Of a stretch of 64,000 bases of DNA, positions 51,733 through 64,000 are shown piece after piece. The DNA comes from Octopus sinensis. Taxonomy: Eukaryota. The stretch is taken from contig NC_043010.1 in the NCBI RefSeq assembly GCF_006345805.1, positions 16,802,001 through 16,866,000 of the forward strand. The letters are read 5' to 3'. The position numbers and the translations under genes are program-made. The notes beneath the pieces are model-generated. The model had not been told where the DNA came from. It saw nothing but the letters and a program-made list of their open reading frames with translations, and did no database searches. How positions within the stretch are numbered: position 1 is the stretch's first letter; each line of letters starts with the position of its first letter.

Positions 51733-52952
51733 CTTGTCAGCACCATCCCCAAAACAGGCGAAAATAAACGTAATTTGATCATGTTCCTATGAATTTATTA
51801 CTTCCGCAAGAACATAGAATCGTTCAGCTATTCTATACATCAATCAGATGTCTTCAATATCACTTCAATCATCGTTTCTGGGAACGTTTTTATTAGATTT
51901 GAAAATAATTTACGACCAGATTATACCCAGACATTGCTAACAACAAATCTATTATAAATCAGTTTTAATAATGTTACCCTTTATTTATATTACAAATTCC
52001 CACGACGAAATCGAAAACAGGCCGTATGTTGATAGGATGTCGCTCAGTCTTCGGCCCTTATTTTCATCATTTACCCATTATCCCACCATTTGTCTACTGT
52101 CAAAGACAATTAAATAGTATAGTTCTCTCCCACAACAATATTCGGTCAAAGAGGATAGAATTAGCTTTCTGTTTTAATACTTACAATGAAGTTAGTCCTT
52201 AACAGTAGGTGTGCCACTCTTACCTAAATACATACGAAAGAGTGATGCATGTGTATGAGTGTATACACGCACTTATATGCGTATAATACAAAGATGTGTG
52301 CGAGGCTATACATACACATAGAGGGCTGGCTTTGTTTAGCACCAAATGAACCTTATTCTACCTAACATAATCAAAGACATTCCAACTGTACCCACCATGT
52401 CTTTTTATGGGGTGTATAACTGAGTGTCATTTCCTTAAGACTGTGCGGTGCGATTTGAAGGAAATTCGACAAGTCTTTCTAATAGGTCAAACTCCCATGT
52501 AACGATGTTCTCACACAATGAGAAGAACATCTTCCAGGTTTATTGACAAACCCACCACATCTTGAGTACTGAAGGCATACATTTTTTTGTTTAGCATCGT
52601 TCATGTATGTATTCTAGAAAGTCAATAAGTTGGTGAGTACTATAATGTCGGTGCCAAACTTCTCCTAAGACCAATTCTCAGTTATTTCAGGTTGGGCTGC
52701 CAATTTCTTCGCCGCCAACATCTCAAGCCGTCAATAATTAAAGCTCATCGATGGACACAACCCACAGATCATTGAACAGAAATCACTGGATCGTTTTATT
52801 TTCATTTGCGAATCAGTTTGTTCGGCCTTCAGCCTAATACCTTCATCTACGTCTCAGAGAGCAGCAGAAGCAGCACGGTCTATCAAATAGACTTTATTAC
52901 CCAAGAACTATACACAAAAAATCCCGTTAGTTTCTTTGGAAGTGTTTCGTAG

Positions 52953-52991
<39 letters not shown>

Positions 52992-54428
52992 ATGGGTGAG
53001 GTCTATAAAGGAGGGTCTCCTTTCCTTTGTCAAATTTTTCAGTTTTGACATAAAAATTTTTTTTTTTTTCTAGATTTCTGTTATGCAAATTTTTGAAGAA
53101 TGATAATCTCAGATGTTTAAAACGTAAATCTAAAAAATAATTATTAAAAGCAAGTCAAAACTGAAAAGTTATGAAAAGGAGCGGGGGAGGGGGTTGGAGT
53201 TCTGCTCTCCCCACCCCACCCCCTCTCTGATCACCCATTGTTTTTTGGTGGGGAGGGCGGGGGAGGGGGAATAATCGCAATCTGCGATGCTTCAAACATC
53301 CAAAGAAATCACGGTTGCTGGTGCACTACATCATTTCCGATTCTATTCTACAGGAACTTGTGTGTGTGCCTGTGTGTCTGTGTGTGTGTGTGTGTGTAGG
53401 TGACGGTCTTTGTGTGCGTTTCGATCTTAGCTTCTTGCACGTTTGCGTGCAGGTCTGCGTGTGTCTACGTCCAAACCTGCCCGTGCCTGTGGTCTTACAT
53501 TCCAACAACAGCTATTCTGCTGCCCAATTGTCTTCGACTTTACGATAGCTTTGCGTCTGATTGTCAGTTCGGTGTCTCCGTTAAGTGGAAGACGGGTACG
53601 GAGGCAGAGTGGCAGAATGGTGCATGTCACAAGGAGCTGAAGAATGGTACAGTGGTAGAGTAATAACTTGTAATATGGGGGTGGGGCACATTTTACAAGG
53701 GTTCATTGATTTATGGGTGAAAAAAAATAAAGTTACAGAAAAAAAGGCACTTTTGTTTTCGGGTGGGGGTCAGTCGAGAAATGTGATATTTCACTGCAAT
53801 AACATTCAACAATATATTAATTAGACACAAATTGCTAATTAAGTGACAATAAATTAAGTAGTAATTAGACAGAAGTTGTTTTATTAACTTACAGTACATG
53901 GCCAAATGTATACAATTTATGTAATTACACATATGTGGAAAAAATAATCATATTTTCTTTTATATTTTTAAATATAAACTGATAAATACAAGTGGTCTGT
54001 AGAGCCCTTCTTTTACTTTGGATTTACGGGGACACACACACACACTGGTGCCTGTATAATGACAACACTCATTAGAACAGTCAATTTAATTTTCTCTGAC
54101 CAAAACGAAGCTGACATCTAAATTGAGATGAACCAGAAGGCAAAGAAGACCACAGACAGTTACACTAATAACTTGAACGACAGATAGACAGACCTGTGTG
54201 TGTGTGTGTAGAAAGCCATACAACCTAATAGATACACATAGGTATAAGACCGACAGATAGATAGATAGATAGATAGACAGGTAGATGCAGAAACTGGTAG
54301 AGTGAAAGATATTTTGGGGGATGGAGACAGGGTAAATAGACGGCTTGGTCAATGAGACAGACACATATGGCTAGAAAGCTACAGAAACAACCAGAGAAAA
54401 AATAAAAAACAACAACCATATTCACAAT

Positions 54429-54473
<45 letters not shown>

Positions 54474-54679
54474 ATTGAGGATTATATATATATCTATGTG
54501 TGTATATATATATAGACACACACATGTGTATGAATACATACACATATGTGTGTAAGTGTATGCACACACATTTACACATTAAGATATGATCATCATCGAC
54601 AAATGGGTAGAAAATAGTGTTTGGGTGTGTGTATACGTACACACACACACACAAGTATATATACACATATACATACAAG

Positions 54680-55072
54680 CAGTGATAGATAGATAGATAG
54701 ATAGACAGATAGATAGACAAACAGAGAGACAGATAGATAGATAGATAGAGAGACAGATAGATAGATAGACAGACAGAGAGACAGATAGATAGATAGATAG
54801 ACAGACAGAGAGACAGATAGATAGATAAACAGACAGAGAGACAGATAGATAGATAGATAGATAGATAGACAGACAGAGAGACAAATAGATAGATAGATAG
54901 ATAGACAGACAGAGAGACAAATAGATAGATAGACAGACAGAGAGACAAATAGATAGATAGATAGATAGACAGACAGAGACAAATAGATAGATAGACAGAC
55001 AGACAGACAAACAGAGAGATAGATAGATAGACAGACAGGCAGACAAACAGACAGACAGACAAACAGAGAGAC

Positions 55073-55111
<39 letters not shown>

Positions 55112-55210
55112 CAAATAGATAGATAACAAATAGATAGATAGATAGATAGACAGACAGAGACAAATAGATAGATAGATAGACAGACAGAGAGACAAATAGA
55201 TAGATGGATG
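54680..55210. repeat. Compound (GATA)n/(GACA)n/(GA)n microsatellite with higher-order periodicity
   Basis: Recurring blocks (agat)n-agac-agac-agagac; source of the LSIYLSVC pseudo-ORFs. Confidence 0.95.
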
Positions 55211-56251
55211 GATAGGAGTAGACAAAAAATGAAATAATTGTGACGAGAGAATTGTTTTGTCGTTGCATACAGTTGTAAGTTGGTGACTTACCTTTAAATC
55301 ATCTAACAAACATTATATCACATATCCTTCCAGCGAGCTTGGACCATGTAAAGACGTCCAGACATCATCACCACCATCACCACCACTACCTGTTGTACGT
55401 TTGTGTTCCGCCTGTTGTTAGAACCTGAGATGGCGGTGGAGTAGTAGTGGTGGAGTGGTGCTTGGAGGAAGAGGAGGAGGAGGAGAGACCAAGGAAGGGA
55501 CTGGAGTGGATGTAGAATGAAACCACTCGGAGACGGGCAGATAGCAGTAATTAGTCGGGTAGGAGAGGTATATGCGTGTATGGGAATGTATGGAAGTGTG
55601 GAGTATATATACACATTGGGCGATGTGGCGAAACGGAGAGAGAGGTTTGCGAGAGGAGGAGGAGTAGGAGCAGGAGAAAGGAAAGTGAAAGTAGGGAGGG
55701 GCGGTAAAAGCTCTATGATAGAGGAGGAGGAGAATTACGAAATCAATGAGGAAAGGAAAGCTGGATGAAGAAAGAGAGGAGTAGAAGTAGTGATTGAAGG
55801 GGAGGAGAGAGAGGGAGATAATGAAAGGGTGACGAGAGGGATTGTATAGAGAGGGGGGGAGGGAAAGAGAGAGAAGAAAGAAAAGAAAACGAAAGTGTTT
55901 GTGTTTGTGTACATAAAGTGTGTCGTCTACTAAGACACGGTTCGAGCTATCGGCCCGCCAACCTCGCTGCCGTGTTAGTTTACTGTTGAACGTTACAGTA
56001 ATACTACTATCGCTGCTGCTGCTGCTGCTACTAGAGCTACTGCTGCAGTTGTCGCTGCCTTTGCTGCTGCAAGTGTAAGTCTTACGTTGCAGCCTGGCAC
56101 CCATTCCTTTGCAGTCCACTTATTCCCTCACCCTTCACTTCCACTTATTGTTGTGTGGGGGTGGTTCAACGCATAAACACGTGCATATGTATGTGTATAC
56201 ATACATGTATGTATGTGTATGCACGTGAAGACGCAAATATTACTGAGTGTA

Positions 56252-56325
<74 letters not shown>

Positions 56326-58009
56326 GAGAGAGAGATAGATAAGATAGATATAGATATGTATTTATATACATGTTTATGTGTGTGGGGCGTCGGAGTATGT
56401 ACACGTGTGTGTATAAACCGCGTTTGGTTATGTACGATAAAGCGGCGGCGACAATGCGGGAAGAGGGGGGCGGGGAGAGTCTTTCCTGAAACGTCTCACG
56501 AATGAAGCCAATATTAGTCGCCTCCCCTGAAAGCTACTTTCACTTTCTGTTTTTCAGCCATCCAAACCACATGTGGGCAGCGGGACGTGATGGAAATGGT
56601 TCGAATACAATCATCGTTGCCACATGTTTCGCACAAACGTATACACACGTGACACATGCTGCTATGAACGTTCATACAGATACACATTCGTAAACATATA
56701 CTCACCTACATATTCATACATACGATCCCCACACAGACACAGGCATGCACACTCACATACACACGCACACACAAAACATGCTTATTCCTTTACTAAAACA
56801 TGCATACACATATACACACACATTGCATCCCTCTATACACACATATGCCCCTTAGTGAGTGCTTGCAAATACACACACACATACAGCTAACCAAGAACAT
56901 TACTCAAAGATACGGTTTAAGTGCGTATTGTAGTAAGCAAATACGCGCGCGCGCGCGCACACACAAACGCATTCATACATACGATCCCCACACAGAACAC
57001 GCATGCACACGCACACACATACATACACACACACACTCACAAAACGCATTCATATAATATTATTTGCAAATACTTTTGTTTTCATAAACAAAATCGTTAA
57101 AATATTGATATTTAGGGAGGTGTGATCATATCCCCCACCCTAGAGGCACGTAGAAAGCACACCTCTATTCACATAAACTACACACACTCACATATACTGC
57201 GACGTCTATGTGCAAGCGCACGCATATACACGAACGTACATACACAAACATACACATACGCACACGCTCATATTAAAAAGAAATTCAACTGATATCATCG
57301 GAGTTATGTCCCTTGCTTCTTTTTAAATATTTTAAACACCTCAGTGGAGTTTTTGCCATCTCATTGCAAGGACAAGAGCAGCTAAATTAAGTTTTGCAAC
57401 ACAGCATATTACATATGCAATGCTGTCGTATTTAGCATTCTTACATCAGCCATAGTGTTGATATCAATAAACAGTGGCACTGTATATAATATATGTGTGT
57501 ACACAGATATATTATATATATATATATATATACTCATGTATATGCACATATATAAGTATACATGCATATTTATATACTTACACATAAGCATACATGTATA
57601 GACATGTGGATTTATATATACGCATAGATACTCTTTACTCTTTTACTTGTTTCAGTCATATGACTACGGCCATGCTGGAGCAAATCGACCCAGGACTTAT
57701 TCTTTGTAAGCCTAGTACTTATTCTATCGGATCTCTTTTGCCGAACTGCTAAGTTACGGGGACGTAAACACACCACAAGCGATGTTGGGGGGAACAAACA
57801 CAGACACACAAACACACATATATACGATGGGCTTCTTTCAGTTTCCGCTTACCAAATCCACTCACAAAGCTTTGGTCGGCCCGAGGCTATAGTAGAAGAC
57901 ACTTGCCCAAGGTGCCACGCAGTGGGACTGAACCCGGAACCATGTGGCTCGTAAGCAAGCTACTTACCACACAGCCACTCCTGCGCCTATGATATGTAAA
58001 TAAATATAT

Positions 58010-58347
58010 CGTCGTGGCACTCCGTCGGTTACGATGACGTAGGTTCCAGTTGATCCAATCATCGGAACAGCCTGCTGAGCACTCCACAGACACGTGGGAG
58101 ATTCAGTGTGACACAGAAGGTGACAAGGCTAGCCCCTTTGAAATATAAGTACAACAGAAACAGGAAGAAAGAGTGTGATAAATTTGTGGTGAAAGAGTAC
58201 AACAGGGTCCACCACCACCCCCTGCCAGAGCCTCATGGAGCTTTAGGTGTTTTCGCTCAATAAGCACTCACAACGCCTGGTCTGGGAATCGAAACCGCGA
58301 TCCCACGACCGCAAGCCCACTGCCCTAACCACTGGGTCATTGCATCC
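58010..58347 (-). mobile_element. SINE family C (tRNA head gcaatg.cccagtggttagggcag). A second copy with the same head lies at about 62395-62705(-)
   Basis: A box (tggcccagtggtta), B box (ggtttcgattcc) and a shared body through gaaacaggaagaaagagtg. Confidence 0.85.
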
Positions 58348-58461
58348 ACACAAATAAACATATATATATATATATATACATACACACATAAGCATATATA
58401 GTGAGAATTTATAAAAAACAAAACACAGGTGTGTAAGCAACAAACAGATGCATTAGTTAAC

Positions 58462-58518
<57 letters not shown>

Positions 58519-60422
58519 ATATATATGTGTGTGTGTGGTGTGTTTGTGTATGTATGTTTGTATGTATATACGTACGCAAATATACATATATACATACACA
58601 CATACACATATTACGTATACATAGATATTCATATAAACATATACAGTACATAGACTCTCTTGAGCCTTGAGTCACTCTCTCTCTCTCTCTCTCTCTTGAG
58701 CCTTGAGTCACTCTCACTGATACTGATAATAAATAAATAAAAAAACGTATGCATACTCCTATTCTGAGTCCAGTAACTCATTCTGTTTCTCTCTTTCTCT
58801 CTCTCTCCCTCTCTCCCTCTTTCTCATAATTTATAGGTGCAGGAGTGGCTGTATGGTAAGTAGCTTGCTTTCCAACCACATGGTTCTGGGTTCAGTCCCA
58901 CTGCGTGAAACTTTAGGTAAGTGTCTTCTACTATAGCCTCAGGCTGACGAAAGCCTTGTGAGTGGATTTGGTAGACGGAAACTGAAAGAAGTCCATTGTA
59001 TATGTGTATGTGTGTGTGTGTATTTATGTGTCTGTTTGCCCCCCTCCCCACCACCACCACCACCATCGCTTGTTGGTGTGTTTACGTCCCCATAACTTTG
59101 TGGTTTGGCTTACAAAAGAATAAGTCAGTGCTCCATCATGGCTGCTGTTATATGATTGAAACAAATAAAAGAATATATATGGATAGATAGAAAGATAGAT
59201 AGATAGATATACATACATACACGCACACACACATATGCATGCATGCATACAGATATACATACATATATAAATAGATATGCTTCTCTTTTGGAACTGTGGA
59301 TCTCTAAAATTCTAAATAAAAGCATTCAAATATTGAGTTAAAAAGCCTTTGTTGAAGTCTAGATACATAGCCATTAGGCAATGAGCTACAAAGAACAAAA
59401 AAAGGAAAAAGACAACATGAGAGGGAGACCTTTTAAGCAACGTATTTGTTTGATGCTTAGAAAGAAAGTAAAGGGACTCGATGTTTTGAGCGCTAGTCCT
59501 TAGTCAGAAAAATAAGTATAAAAGGGGAAATGTTGGAAAGAATAAAAATACCCACAGTCACACACACACATACCATATATACATTCGCCATGTTGGACTG
59601 CTGAAATCTACAAGTTTTTTTCTCTCTCTGTTTCTTTTCCTCTTATTCCTTCCTGTTGAAGAGCCTAGTCTCGAAACATAAAAAACATTTTTTTATTTTT
59701 CCTGAGCATCAAACTAATACACTTATTTGTTGTTCATATTTTTGGCTTTTGATTTTGCATTGTCTCCTCCATGCTCATCATTTCAAGTTTATTAACACTT
59801 CATTATTTATTCTTACTCTTACTCTTTTACTCTTTTATTTGTTTCAGTTATTTGACTGTGGCCATGCTGGAGCACCGTCTTTAGTCGAGCAAATCGACCC
59901 CAGGACTTATTCTTTGGAAGCCTTGTACTTATTCTATTGGTCTCTTTTGCTGAACCGCTAAGTTACGGGGACGTAAACACACCAGCATTGATTGTCAAGC
60001 GATGTTGTGGGGACAAACACAGACATACAAACACACACACATACATATATACGATGGACTTCTTTCAGTTTCCGTTTACCAAATCCACTCACAAGGCTTT
60101 GGTCGGCCCGAGGCTATAGTAGAAGACTCTTGCCCAAGGTGCCACGCAGTGGGACTGAACCCGGAACCATGTGGTTGGTAAGTAAGCTACTTACCACACA
60201 GTCACCCCTGCGCCTATTCTTCTGGATAAGATGTCATTACATTTCAAGTAACATTCTAAAATGTTCTTGTAACATTCTGGAAAATTCCTGACAGCTAAGT
60301 AAACTGAGGTGTGTATAATTATGTGAACAGGCAAAAAATTAACTTATTCGGAAAAGACATCAGTGAGGGAAAATTTTCTTTGAAATGGTGAAACTCTGTA
60401 AAAGAGGAATTGGATTGAGAAG

Positions 60423-61158
60423 TTTGGGTAAATTTTGGGAAGTATACGTGCATGTATTTGACTAAGAAAAAAGAAACCCTTGGATTTTTGTGTGGAATCA
60501 AGTACCCTGACCTCCCAATGTGCTGCAAACCCCTTATTTTTGTTCGGAAAAATGGGGTGGGGGAATCAGAACTCTTCTCCAGGAATCATTGGAAATTTAT
60601 TTTTCATTGAATGAATTACAGTGACCTCCTAATATATCCCAAAACACATTTTTTTTGTCCAGAAAACGGGGGTGGGGTGTAATCCATGGCAATTTCACCC
60701 TTCCTCTTTCCGGAATCATTGGAAAATGCATGTTTTTTTTCTCGCTGAATGAATTATGGTGACCTCCTAATATGCCACAAAACACTTTTTTTGTCTGGAA
60801 AACGGGGGTTGGGGTGGGGTAGAACCCTTGGAAATTTTACCCACCCCCACCTCCAACATTTTATAGAAATATGTTTTCGAGTGTGAATTACATGGTTTGT
60901 TATTAAATAAATAGTTACGAGTTGGTATTATATGAATTATTATGTTAACATTTATATTGTGTGTATTTTATGCTAAAAATATTTCCAATGATTCCAGGAT
61001 GGGGGGCAGGGTTCCGATTTCCCACTCCCACATTTTTCTGAACAAAAATAAGGGGTTTGCAGCACATTAAGATGTCAACATACTTGATTCCACACGAAAA
61101 ATCCAAGGTTTTTTTTCTTAGTGAAACATGAGCGGCTGTACTTCCCAAAATTTACCAA
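60423..61158. mobile_element. ~735-bp foldback element with ~175-bp TIRs and internal ~130-bp tandem subrepeats
   Basis: 60423-60600 is the approximate reverse complement of 60975-61158. Interior units ggaatcattggaaa...gaaaacgggggt start at 60582 and 60712. Confidence 0.82.
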
Positions 61159-63179
61159 AGCATATAAATCTGCTGGAAACTGTTCAGAAACACGCAACAA
61201 AATGAATACCCACCATCAGGCATCTACCATTCTCTGAACATCTTGCTTCCTTAGGCATGGATACATTGAAGCTCAGATTTCATTAAAAAATTTGAACCTG
61301 GGTCTTACGAATAGCCTTGTGAAGCAAGTTTTGTTGCTGGGCCATTGAAGACAGTGTGATTAAATGAAGACACTGGAAGACTGACTTTTTCAAGAATGTG
61401 ACTATCAGTGTATCCAAAGATAAATTTATCTTCAAACTAGAGAAGCACCCCCACCCCTAAAGGACACTGAAAAAGCTTTGAAGCAGACTTGGGTGCATTA
61501 TTTCTGCTCACAAAACAAAAAAAAAAGCTTAAATGAAACAAGCACTCAGCTATACATAATAATAAACTCCTAACTTCACCATTTCTCTACAAGAAAATAT
61601 AGATTGCAACAGAAATGAAAATAAATTGAAAAGCAAAGAAGCTTGTCACTTTGTTATCTACACAAGTGATCTGTGTTTGAAAAACGGTTTGCAGTTATTG
61701 TTATTATATGTTACTCTTTTACTCTTTTACTCTTTTACTTGTTTCAGTCATTTGACTGCGGCCATGCTGGAGCACCGCCTTTAGTCGAGCAAATCGACCC
61801 CGGGACTTATTCTTTGTAAGCCCAGTACTTATTCTATCGTTCTCTTTTGCAGAACCGCTAAGTTACGGGGGACATAAACACACCAGCATCTGTTGTCAAG
61901 CAATGCTAGGGAGACAAACACAGACACACAAACACATACACACACATACACATATATATACATATATACGACAGGCTTCTTTCAGTTTCCGTCTACCAAA
62001 TCCACTCACAAGGCATTGGTCGGCCCGGGGCTATCGCAGAAGACACTTGCCCAAGATGCCACGCAGTGGGACTGAACCTGGAACCATGTGGTTGGTTAGC
62101 AAGCTACTTACCACACAGCCACTCCTGCGCCTATGTTGTTGATATTGGTTGTGGAGATGTTGTTGTTGTTGTTGTTTCTGCTGCTGCTGGTTGTTAAGCA
62201 ACAATACAGGTAAGGGTGATTAGGTGATGGTCTAGGGCTTAGGGGCGGGAGACCCCAGACCTTTGAAAAAAAAAACCACTTTGGTTGTCTTGTTATAGTC
62301 AAAGGCTCTTCATTGACGCCCGACACCACTGGGAGGTGGTGCTGCTGCTGCTTTGTTTGTTTGTTTGTTTGTTGAGCAAAGCGGTCTTCGTCCTAGAAGC
62401 CCGAGACATGGTCCTTTGCTATTCGTAAGACCCGCAGAAGAAAAAGCAGGTCAACCCCTGACACCGAGAGCATTTGTGTAGGCTCAGCGGTTGTGTAGGA
62501 AGTTGGGAACAAGAAACAGGAAGAAAGAGTGAGAGAAAGTTGGAGCAAAAGAGTACAACAGGGGTCGCCACCACCCCCTGCCGGAGCTTTGTGGAGTTTT
62601 AGGTGTTTTCGCTCAATAAACACACACAACGCCCGGTCTAGGAATCGAAACCGCGATTCTCCAACCGCGAGTCTGCTGCCCTAACCACTGGGCCATTGCG
62701 CCTCCACTTGCTGCTGCTGCTGGTTCTTCCGGTAATGATGATGATAGGTTTAGTAGTAGTAATGTTGCTGCCACTGTCACAGACTATCAGAGTGACAGGA
62801 GAGAAGTTAAAGACTTTCCTCATCTGCTTTATTCAAGGGAAAATTCTTCACTTCTTTGTTGCTTTCTTCTTTCATTTCTTGTTTGTTTGGAAAAAGAAAT
62901 GATTCCCCATTTGGATATGTTTTAAGAACTTCTGTGGGTGAGAATTTGGACCCAATGAAAACCAAAGTGAATTCAATGACCAGTGAACCACGCAACAAGT
63001 CAGCTCCATATCACATCAGAACCCATTGGCATAAAGTCATTTAAATGAATAGTCTCAGCAACAAATGTACCAATTCTCTCAAACATCATGAAATTGTGAT
63101 TTAGAATTCTGAAATACTACTACTGAAATACTACCACCACCACCACCACCACCAATAATAATAATAAAAATAATAAATG

Positions 63180-63720
63180 CCCTGATGCAGTACCAGGCAG
63201 TGACTCATGGCTACTGACTGTGACTGATGGGAAGTACATTGTTTTGTCTTGGTATAAAAGATGGGCTACAGCAAATATTCTGCTCAATACCACAGATTTG
63301 CTTGTCAGTTGTTTGACCTTAACCAGTTGAGCATGTCCCTTACTGGCTGACGATATGTGCATCTCTGATCATGAGCAGAAGTAGTGGGGGAGCATCATAG
63401 CCATGTGTTGAAAGGGATTCTTTGGGGTTTGGAAGATTCACCTTTAGAAACATGGGTATTTCATTCAACATCCTTTAACAACCCTTATTCAGGGACCTTT
63501 TAAGTGGGATGGGCTACCCGACCAGAAGAAAATTCTAACTGGGCCCCACCTGCAAGGACATGTGCTGTTAATTTTGATATGAGGTCACCATGTCACGCAG
63601 ATATGGTTGTGACGCATGTGCCTGGTGTACCCTTATCAGACGGGTAGTCATGATGAGTATATTGGGCTTCATATATTTTACCCCCGTGTCACTTTGATGG
63701 TATGCACTACTCTCTCACTC

Positions 63721-63755
<35 letters not shown>
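63180..63755 (+). repeat. Probable retroposon 3' region ending in (AAT)n
   Basis: A ~540-bp complex non-coding segment with an (AAT)n tail. Single copy here; repeat status rests on recollection only. Confidence 0.45.
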
Positions 63756-63756
<1 letters not shown>

Positions 63757-64000
63757 GGGCTTCAAATTTTGTCATAAGGCCAGAAATTTTGTAAGAAGGG
63801 GTAAGTCGTTTACATGAACTTGAATGTTAAAATGGTACATATTTTATCGACCCCAAAAGGATGAAAGGCAAAATCGCCCCCAACAGCATTTGAACTCAGA
63901 ACGTAAAGTTGGAAGAAATGCTGCTAAGCATTTTGTGCGGCCCAGTAATGATTCTGTCAGCTTGCCACCTTATTATTATTAATAATAATAATAATTGACA

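Noticed and set aside
55418-56119. 233-aa minus-strand ORF
   Set aside because: GTG start, poly-Ser and CT-repeat-derived low complexity; only the first codons before the 56086 donor are kept as a candidate.

Overview
Eukaryotic, AT-rich, microsatellite-dense and largely intronic DNA. The repeat landscape (tRNA-headed SINEs, RTE LINE tails ending in (GAT)n, long (TA)/(CA)/(GATA) arrays) looks like an octopus (coleoid cephalopod) genome; this is inferred from recalled repeat families, not from a search. No prokaryotic system, CRISPR array, rRNA or intact tRNA gene is supported. Almost all ORFs in the supplied track are microsatellite or transposon artefacts. Well-supported features: a HERO-like RLE non-LTR fragment (~1.0-2.4 kb), an RTE LINE 3' end whose RT carries a PHD-type finger (8.8-10.0 kb), a CR1-type RT fragment with a nested mariner (40.0-41.6 kb), a DD37D maT transposase relic (42.8-43.9 kb), a TTAA-flanked piggyBac-type MITE, several SINE families and three foldback or inverted structures. 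Manual splice-signal reading found a minus-strand gene of unknown product that the ORF track misses. Its best exons are 18885-19039 and 17875-17984, which are phase-matched; 7808-7903 is also plausible. Weaker candidates include a 6-nt microexon and a possible internal-promoter isoform encoding a 55-aa signal-peptide microprotein. Other items worth checking: sharp CpG-poor/CpG-rich domains, a polar cluster of 12 ACGT cores, a pre-miRNA-sized hairpin, and an inverted-plus-tandem duplication. Exon calls were made by eye and need RNA-seq. Repeat boundaries are approximate (about +/-20 bp).
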